Source of the DNA: Azolla caroliniana
Taxonomy: Eukaryota; Plantae; Polypodiophyta
NCBI GenBank assembly: GCA_043228905.1
Contig: JBHGNT010000005.1
Coordinates: 4,526,001 to 4,590,000, forward strand
DNA length: 64,000 nt
Reading direction: 5' to 3'
In this document: piece by piece, positions 13,389 to 22,833 of the stretch
How positions within the stretch are numbered: the stretch's first letter is position 1
Layout: the number at the start of each line of letters is the position of its first letter
Notes under the pieces: model-generated
What the model was told of the DNA's origin: nothing
Database searches by the model: none
Seen by the model: the letters and a program-made list of their open reading frames with translations, nothing else
Made by a program: the position numbers and the translations under genes

Positions 13389-15151
13389 ACCATGGTAATG
13401 GTGGTCAAAACAACTTTCTACATTAAAAAAGGTAAAAGGAGTGACGTTTCTTCCATTGGCGTACAACCCAACCAACTTTTGTATTGTTTTTAGCTTTATC
13501 AAGGCTAACCTTTATGTTTAAATAATTAATGAAGTTGTCGATAAACTATTGGTTGTCTACATATGTTTTTCAATACTGGCAAAGTTGGCATATTGACGAC
13601 ATTCTTCTTTCAATTGCAACTTTTATTACTAGCCATTACTACAAATAATTGTTATCATTCTAACGAATACTTTCTTAGCAACAAGTGTGCATGATCTCAG
13701 TCTAAAAACATGAATTTTTAACACCATATCAAACCCAACACGTTAAGTGTGGACCATGCAGTTGCATTTTGTTTCAATTGGGAGCTTTAAAATTAGTGTG
13801 ATCAAAGTCTCATCAACATGGCAATATCTTTTGGGTTTGAATGACAAAATGGTTGAATTGGAAGTGATGGCCAAGAAGCCCCACCACCCATGTGAACAAA
13901 CCTACAAACTAGTGCACACTTTTGTATTTTAGTAGAAGCCATATTCTATATCTATTACATTCATCCTCTACGAAAAATATCACATTGGCATTGTTAGTAA
14001 GTGTGAATGTGGTCTTTGGGAGGCAATGGTGTGGAAATTGTAAAAAAAAAACATATGCATCGGCTTATAAAGTTTGATAAGGGTTTGTATACATGTTGTG
14101 AAGTTCATGTCGTGTTGATGTTTATGTCTTGACTCTACACTCAAACCATTTGATGATACATTGACTCAATCATGCATGGACTTCATAGTTTGCCTTACTT
14201 TCACACTTAGAAATTATGAATCCATTGTGGGCACATAATCACTTTGGTAAGAAGATATTGACATATTGTCAACCCTATATTTTATATGTACTCTCACAAA
14301 AGTAACTAAGACAACTAAATGTAGCATGCAAGCAAATGTAAGCAAGTGCACATGGTTGGGACAGAGAATTGATAGAAAACATAAAAAGGTCAAAACTACA
14401 AAATTATTGTTAGAAGAGAATGCAAGAAATAATGTTCAAAATTGGTGACAATAAGGCAGTAAATGCAATGGCTAATGATAAAATAACATAATGCCTATTG
14501 CCATATGATATGTTAATGCTAGATGATTCTATATGATAAATCCAAGAATAATTGTGGGGGAGTTGTGGCAAATTGTGGCATTCAATAAAAAAGTTCAATG
14601 ATAAGGTGTAATGAGGGCAACAATTGTGATATTCAGTGCAAGAGTTCAATGAGAGACCATAATGAGGGAGTAGCGGTTGTAATTTACTTCCGTTTTCGTT
14701 GGTAAAAAAGACAAGTTGCATTTTATTACACTGAGAGATGTAATGAGATTTCTATATATAAGATACATAGGTGAGGCATTGTTGGCAATCCACCTTTAGA
14801 GATGTACAACAATGTTGTTAAAATATAAATAACACCCCTCCTACTAAGGACAATATCAAAACTACCAAGCTGAAATTAAAAACATTTGTCGCCCTCTCTA
14901 TTCTCAATTCGACTAGCTCTCTAAATCACGTCTCCCTCTCCCTCTCTAAAATCATAACTCCATTATTGTAAATTAGAACTCTATCCTATCCTCTTGTTAG
15001 CCATCCCCACCAATGCTTCCATATGACTTAGTTTGTGAGTTTGAGCATCACACTTCTATCCCTCAGCTCCAACTCTAATCCCCACCTTTTCAACCCTCGC
15101 ATATACCTACATACATTAGCAAACTGATTGAACATTGAGTGTCACTTACCA

Positions 15152-15188
<37 letters not shown>

Positions 15189-15286
15189 CATGAACTTGAT
15201 AAGTGACATCGAGGTGACACTAAAATCTATCAAGTAGCTTTCTTAACATGCTCTTTTCGTTCTTCTATCAACACTGTAATATCTTT

Positions 15287-15348
15287 ATTGCTTTTGAACC
15301 AGTGACCCTGATGTTGTAAACCACATGTTTCGCCACTCAACCAAAGGC
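15287..15348 (-). pseudogene. Possible decayed tRNA-like sequence or tRNA-derived SINE head
   Basis: Minus strand reads GCCTTTGGTTGAGTGGCGAAACATGTGGTTTACAACATCAGGGTCACTGGTTCAAAAGCAAT: A-box-like TGGTTGAGTGG, possible TAC anticodon loop, B-box-like GGTTCAAA at tRNA-like spacing. Acceptor and T stems do not pair well. Confidence 0.3.
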
Positions 15349-16999
15349 TAAATGATCCGGAGTTGGTAAAACATACCATTTGTGTTAGTGCACCACAATG
15401 AGGGCAATATATGTAATGTTTTAGCACTACATTGGGAAATAAGGGAAGTTATCGTTTATCTCTATCAAATGAATGACAATTTTGTGTCTACTCGTTAACA
15501 AACAAGAACGTTATTATGTAACACTTTTGTGCTACGTTGAGAAAGTGGGCATGGCAATAAGAGGCAATTACATGACACAATGCACCAATAAGTTCATCGA
15601 CGATGACTTCTTATAAGATTGTATATGTTTCATGTGAGTTAATATGTGCAACCTTATATACGAGGCGAATGCTTTGAAATGATAGTGGCAATCCTTTCAC
15701 ATAGTGCATCGACATCATTGGGTCAATTCCTATTGTTCTTACAAGTTCATACATCTAGAAACAAGGAAAGAAAGAGTTCACAGTGGGGAAAAGCAAAAAC
15801 AAAGGGAGATTTTCCATTTCTTTATCCATAGGAAACAAATAAGAAGCTTCCATGGAAAAAGCTTGAAGGAGAATAATAATGTCAAGACCCTTTGATTCTT
15901 ACCCCGGGAGAAAGAAGAAAGGTTCCTTCTCCTTTTTCTTCACAAGGAAAAACCTTCCATCAAGGATTTTCCCTCTTCCTTTGAATACACGGAGAAAACA
16001 AAATGAGAAAAACCATGAAAGAATACAAACACAAGTCACACTTTTCTGTGTATTTTTCCTTTTTTGATCGATGAAAAACTAGAGAATCATTGCATATGCT
16101 TTCTTTCTTTATTGGCCACTTTTCTATTATCCTAAAGTGTGTGTATGTATGAATGGATGGATGATATGACACACCACAATATTATTACATGTTAGGATGT
16201 TTACACGGCTTTGTTATGGTACGAGGAGTGAGAGTGAACATTATTTGCATGTTTGCATGCGGAGTTTGTGTATACACTATCATCCCTTCGTACCTTACAC
16301 GTGTCTTTTGATGATCTAAGTGAGCATACCACATATGATGGCACTGCATTACAAACATGGCTTCACATTCTCTCATCTCCCTTAAATGATAAGAGAGACC
16401 AAAACATAAATGCACCATCACTATATCACTGCTATTGTGACTTTGTATCCTAATTTGTACCTTCTAAATTATACGGGAGAACAAACGGCATGTCGCCACA
16501 ATGCAAAAATAGGATGCACTTTACTACTGAGTTGTAAACTCATGGCCAATGCCATAACTTGATTGTTTACCAATCACCCCATGTGGTATATGTATCATGT
16601 ATCACTTAGGCACATGGATCCATGTGACAATCATTCAATGCTTCTGCACATGATAATGCCCAATAAAGAGCATTAGTCCTTGTAGGCCACTAGAAGCCAG
16701 TGACAAGTGAGAAGGGCTTTGTGCGACACACATCACTTTCTCTCTATCGTTTATGGATGGTAAACACAAGGAGCGCCAATGGCCCCCGCCACAACGTTGC
16801 AACATATGGAATAGAAGGCAAACAACTTAAACAATAATTGAGAAGGTGGGTGATCCACCTATCAAGTCTAGCATGTAATCGAAACCGGTCGTGCCCAACT
16901 GGAAAAAGCTCCGAATGCATTCGATATAAGGGAGATAGATAGATTGTATTATCGTCTTCGGAGATCAAATATGACCTATGAGCGATACGCTGGAAGGGA

Positions 17000-17094
17000 A
17001 GAGAGAGAGAGAGAGAGGTGAGGAAGTTGGCTTTCAAACCCACAACGGAGTGCTTGTAGTGCTGACAACTTACCACTAGGGTAAGATACGATAA

Positions 17095-17140
<46 letters not shown>
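17000..17140 (+). mobile_element. Partial copy of the (GA)n-associated element between two (GA)n tracts
   Basis: GACAACTTACCACTAGGGTAAG (hairpin at 17069-17085), flanked by (GA)n at about 17000-17017 and 17101-17139. Confidence 0.5.
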
Positions 17141-17142
<2 letters not shown>

Positions 17143-17173
17143 CCTCCTCTTCTCTGGCAAGTTCCAACTAACA

Positions 17174-17545
17174 CTTTACTAAGCAAAAAGAAAAGGAAAA
17201 AAGCAAAACAGAGGAACAGAGTACATACATTATTTATATAATGTATATGCATATATCATGTACTCTGTTCTTCCTCTGTTTTACTAACAAAAGAGAAAAA
17301 AGAAAAAAGAAAAAAGAAAACCAGAGGAACAGAGTACATGACATACATATATATACATACTGATATATGTACATTATTTATATATGTATATACATATATC
17401 ATGTACATACTCTGAGGAACAGAGTACATGACATATGTACATATTTACATATACATATTGATATAATGTATGTAGTCTCTTCCTCTGCTTTACTAAGCAA
17501 AAAGAAAAAAGACGAAGAAAAACAGAGGAGCAGAGTACATGATAT
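17174..17545. repeat. Array of direct and inverted CAGAGGAACAGAGTACAT units
   Basis: Four direct copies at about 17209, 17322, 17413 and 17523. Inverted copy ATGTACTCTGTTCTTCCTCTGTTTT at 17258-17282. CTTTACTAAGCAAAAAGAAAA is also repeated. Confidence 0.85.
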
Positions 17546-17689
17546 ATGTATGTATAACAAGGGGAACAACTACCACTTGTTTCCTCAACCCCTCCCTACC
17601 CCTCAGTAGCTGACATTTATTCTTCACAAAAGAAAACAGACAACAAGGGAGGACCTTTTTTCTAAGCATATTTCCTGTTTGCCTTTTCC

Positions 17690-17726
<37 letters not shown>

Positions 17727-18197
17727 GCAAAGACAAAAGAAAACAAAACCCTAGATAAAAGAGAAAGAGAAATATGTCCCATTACAGAGCTAGCCTAGCC
17801 TAGCTGTACTCCAGAAATTTCTTTTCATTTCATTGCAAAACTCTGTTACATTCCATTTCTACAATTTGTTTTCCTTTGCCTTTGTGTTTTTGGCGTTGGA
17901 TCATTCCATTTCTATCAGATTTGTGTATAATCTCCATTAGGTTTTTATGTGGGTATCTAAAAACATAGCCTTTTTCTTCTACATATATGTGGGTTTAGTT
18001 TTCTGGTATTTTGGGCAACATTTTTGCCCGATATCTGGAGGCGATCCATTGATGTAGTAAGAACAGAGGACAGAGAATATATATGTATACACAGCTCCCT
18101 ATATAATATAGCTGTCTGTAGAAGTGCTTGATTTGGTGGACATTATGGCTCCTTGATTTGTTCTGATCTATTGAACGTATTGTTGGGAAGTTTTCTG

Positions 18198-20557
18198 ATG
18201 GATATGCATAAGCGTGAGGCATTGGTGCGAACCAAATTGCTAGGAACATGGTGTTGCATTAGTAGGCCCTCGCCTATTAATGTGCTGCCATATCAAACAG
18301 CATCAACCGGAGTGCCTTGCAAACACCAGAGTAAGGCCCAGATGCAGGAACTAGAGAAGAAAAATCACAAAAGCAAAGCCTCAGAACAAAAAGAAAAAAA
18401 GAATCCTGAAGGTCGCACCCCAAACACGAGATCGGAGAAGCTAAAAAAGCTTGGTCCTGATGGAAACAAAGGTGTCAGAAAAGATGTCCTTAAGACTGGC
18501 GAGGTCGGGGCGTTAATAAAGCAAGGATTCATCAGCAGGACAAACCTCGATATTAAAAAGCCTCCCGATATGTTATCTCCTTCAGATGACCAACATACAA
18601 ATCGAGGGGTGGTTGGGCCAGCCATTGTGTCCGAATCACCACCAAAGTACTCGAATTTTGCCTCATTTGTTAGCGATGGCCTTGCGATGAATGACATTGT
18701 TACTTCTACGTTTGATAACAAAAAGGCGGCATCAACATTATATGACATGATTTCTCAATACGAAGATCGCGAGGGGATGATCCAAGGACGATCCCTTCCG
18801 AAATCTAATGTCCAGAGGCACTCCAAACCACCTTTGGGTTCGAGCCTGGGCACTGGAACATTTCGATTTAATGACCCCTCCTCTTGTGATGTGAAACTTA
18901 CTTTGAAAAGCCGAGAAGGTACAACTAGCTCTAGTCTTGCTGTCTTTGTTCATAGCCAAATACTAGCGACCCAAAGTAAGTTTTTTGCGACCAAGTTCAA
19001 CGATTTGGGATTGAACGAGAATGGGGAGGTTCCTCGTCTCATCGAGATTTCCGATTGTGATAATGTTGAGATGTATGTTGAGACACTGCGGATGATGTAC
19101 TCTAATGACATGAAAAAATCACTGGTTAAAGAGACTGTTTCCCGAGTTCTAAGCATTTTGAAGGTACATTACTTATACCTGAGTTTAAAATGTATGGCAT
19201 ATGGTGTTGGACTTCAAATTGTATCGGCTTGAGTGGTAGATTTGTTACAATTTCACTAACATTTGGGAACTTTTGGCATTACATTGAGAAATTCTGACTA
19301 TTTCCCAAATGGCTTATTTTTAAACTATAATTTGAGATTTTTTGTTTATTTTTTACTTAAAACTTTTTGAAATATATGTGTAACTCAAAGCAAGCTAAAA
19401 ATGCAATGGAAAGTTGAAGGATTAGCCTATGTAATCGTTTAGAGCTTTATAGGAGTCTGTGTAAGCTCTTGATATTTGGCTGGACATTCAGATAAGTGCT
19501 TGTAATAAGTGGACAAGGATCAGGAGACATAATGAAGATGGTGAACAACCAAATTCCTCAATATTTGTTTCTTTGACAGGTATGTACAAGTATAGTCTTT
19601 CAAGTAGGTGTGGCCGCTTGCCTTGAGTATCTGGAAGCAGTTCCATGGGGTGAAGATGATGAGGAGAATGTAACATCACTCCTTAATGAACTTCAACACT
19701 CGGAGAAGATCGGTGCCAGAGAAGCTCTTCAGAGGCTTTCTACTGAAGATCTAACTGGTTCCAAAGATGTATTGATTAGCCTATTGCATCTTGTGACCAA
19801 AGCGACCGATGAAAAGGCAAGAAGAGAGATGAAGACCTTAGTTTCGAAAATGCTACGAGAGAACACAGCCCAAGGTCTATCATCAGGAGCCACTTCTGTT
19901 GATGATTTGAGCAAAGAAAGCATATATGAGTCATGTCGTGCATGCACAAACGCTCTGCTAGAAATTTTTAATCAAGCATCGAATCCCGAAGTGTCAGGCA
20001 AAATGGGTGGTGATCGAGGGGTGCTTATTGCTCAAATCACAAGACAAGCAGACAATTTGAACTGGCTCTTGGAGATCATGATTGACAGACAGATAGCTGA
20101 CGATTTTGTCAGGATTTGGGCGTTTCAGACAGATCTTGCCATGTCACACCGCCAGGTTCCGATTGTGTTTGGTCGATACGAAGTGAGCCGCGTGACAGCC
20201 AGCCTATGTGTCGCACTTGGGAAAGGCCATGTGTTGGCACCAAAGGAGGTTAGATTTATGTTACTGCACAATTGGCTACAACCTCTTTTCGATGACTTTG
20301 GATGGATGCAAAGGGCATGTAAGGGTCTAGATAGAAAGGTCGTGGAGGATGGGATTAGTCAAACCATCTTGACACTCCCTCTTAAACAGCAACAGGTGAT
20401 GATGTTAGCTTGGTTCGACAGGTTCCTTAAGAATGGTGATGACTGCCCAAATTTGCAACGGGCATTCGAGACTTGGTGGAGGCGAACATTCATTCGAACT
20501 TCAATGGAGCGCATGTTTTTTCCACTAGAGACACCACCTGTGATTACCAAAGATTGA
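18198..20557 (+). CDS. Plant BTB/POZ domain protein (At5g60050/At3g50780-like); 2 exons
   Basis: Exons 18198-19163 and 19580-20557 (AAG|GT...CAG|GTA, in frame). Motifs: FNDPSSCDVKLTL, VHSQILATQSKFF, CLEYLEAVPW, WLQPLFDDFGWMQR, ILTLPLKQQ, CPNLQRAFETWWRRTF. Start taken as first ATG of the ORF. Confidence 0.9.
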
Positions 20558-21479
20558 GGGCTTTTGGAATCTATGTAGGGTAAATCAAATATAGTGTGAT
20601 AAAGCCTGTGGTGGTGGGGATTGAAGAAAATTTATGGTTCGTGTGTGATTTGTAGGAGGGACATCTTCTCCTCAATCTCGGTATATATATTTATATATAT
20701 TCCTTTTAGGGGGCCTTCCTCATGTAAATTAGAGTATTTTCCTGGTATCCAAATGTAGAACAAGCACACATGTCAAAGATGGATATGTACCGTTGGCAAA
20801 CTAATCAAAAGATTAGTGTGTATTGGATAAAAAGGCCAATGCATGTTCTTTTTGCAAACATATCCGGTGGATTTGTCAACAATTTATTCATGCATTTGTA
20901 GACAGACTTTTGGGATCGTGATGCATTAGAGCAAACAGAAAACTTTTATGCATGGTATTGGTCACCATGAAGGATATAGAAATGGTTGCAGTCTTCTTGC
21001 AAGACCTGTAAATTAAGAACACTTTTTTTCTGGTTTTTCCTAGAAGCTAACAACACATCAAGATGGATATAGGTGGATTCTAGAATCGGATATATGTAGA
21101 TTTTGTAACAATATGCAATGAATTTGTAATAAAGATTCCACACATTTTTATTTTGTGATTTGAGAGTAATCTCTTGTAGGGGGAGCCCCATAATAATACC
21201 AGAATGCAAACATGCTAGAGGAAATGTTGGAGGTGGCGGGGTTGTTCAATTACTCCTTAATTATGTATAGCCACCCTAAGTTCTATTTAACTTTGATGAA
21301 CAAGATCTTGTGGTAAAATGGAAAAAGAGCTAGAAAAACTGTTAAAACTGATCAGCAGAGACCAATAACTGTAGATTGTTTGTGATTTTTGGCAGATAAA
21401 GTATCCACATCTTCAACTAAGTATATATAAATTAGATGTCCTCAACTCTGTGGCTCAGGACACTTCATGGTAGATGAGG

Positions 21480-21570
21480 TATTGAATGCATGGGCGTGTG
21501 ATTAGAGTGCACCATTCCATGTGAGTCCTAGAACAAAGAATTGGGTCACATCTTATGAAGCTCATCATCT
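21480..21570 (+). mobile_element. Decayed Ty1/copia protease-like fragment
   Basis: Translates as AWACD*SAPFHVSPRTKNWVTSYEA, resembling the copia protease pattern W.LDSGAS.H.S...WF..Y; interrupted by a stop. Confidence 0.4.
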
Positions 21571-22522
21571 TGAAACTAAAGACGTAGAGAATTCTCACCA
21601 ATGTGCAATGGCAGTGGCCATTGGATCCCCATCACATTATATAGTTTGGCAGATATGAAGTAGTTCATATCATAAGATGTTTGGGCATGCTCTTGAATTG
21701 GCAAAGAGCTTGACGTTGAAGAGCAATTTCGTGCAATAATAGAAGGTTCTAGTAAGTCATGGGATAAGTAGTAGGATTGTCTAAAAGGAGTTAGTTGTTG
21801 GAGGAGATCCTCTTCAAAAGAACATTGATGATCAAATAGATCTCCTTTCTTTGTAGACTTGTATTGTAGTTTTAATATATTTCTTTTCCTTTCGAAGTCT
21901 ACTTACTCTATTGTCACCTATTCGCTACACGGTTCTTTTTCTACCGGAATACATTTTGCAACATAGTCTTGCCATAAGTTTTCGCTAGGACCCACCTTGC
22001 CTTGCGTATTCTACTAACTCTATTTTCGCCTATTCGCGATGATTCTCCCTATACCTGACTGAATACATTACATTTCATAGTTTTGTTATTTGAATAGATG
22101 TCAAGAGGGTTGTGGCTATATCTACCTCACATAGTTCAACCTTTGGATTAGCCAACTTAGGGGCTGAGTTATGTCCCAACCTACCTACACCCAAGAAGCC
22201 GAGGGAGACACTTTTGTCACTGAAAATTATGTATGGATTTGTCGTGCTCATCATGGAATTTCCCCCAAGGGTCACCAGCCATATAGAAGAAAAACAATGG
22301 ATGGTGACATCAAGCAATGTCTTCAAAAGGAATGGAGATGAAACTATATGGACCTTAGCATCATCGTTACCGAGTTGTCACACATATATGTGAAAGGTAG
22401 CCTCTCGCTCATCGACTAAACTATGTTTTGGACCACACCGATTGCCGGTAGGGAATGCCTTACCCACGAAATCACTAGGCTCGACCGCCCATCAACACGA
22501 CACGCATACAATTGGTCTTTTA

Positions 22523-22700
22523 TCATAATTAGCTTACCCTAGTAGTAAGTTGTTAATCTACAAGCGGTGGGTCTCTATAATAGTGTCCATTCATATCCTC
22601 TTAGTTTAGTAGATGAATGTAGAGGTCCTCTTAATTTACTAGATGCCATTGTGGAATGTAGAGGTTGAAGCCATGACCATCCATCTCTCTCTCTTTCTCT
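22523..22700 (-). mobile_element. Dispersed (GA)n-associated short element, copy just upstream of the PPR gene
   Basis: Reverse complement reads (GA)n-TGGATGGTCATGGCTTCAACCTCTACATTCCACAATGGCATCTAG...ACAACTTACTACTAGGGTAAGCTAATTA, matching 856-980. Confidence 0.6.
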
Positions 22701-22833
22701 TTCTATCCCTGTCTATCATTGTGGATCATGAAGGAATGGGACAGATCGTTCATCATCAGTAGAACATGGAAATGAAGCAAAGGAAAGCCATCGCACAAAA
22801 CAGAGCGGCGCACCTCACATTTCCTCCCCCACC

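Noticed and set aside
9600-14700. Possible LINE or other TE remnants in the long intergenic region
   Set aside because: No diagnostic protein motif or termini could be recognised by eye.
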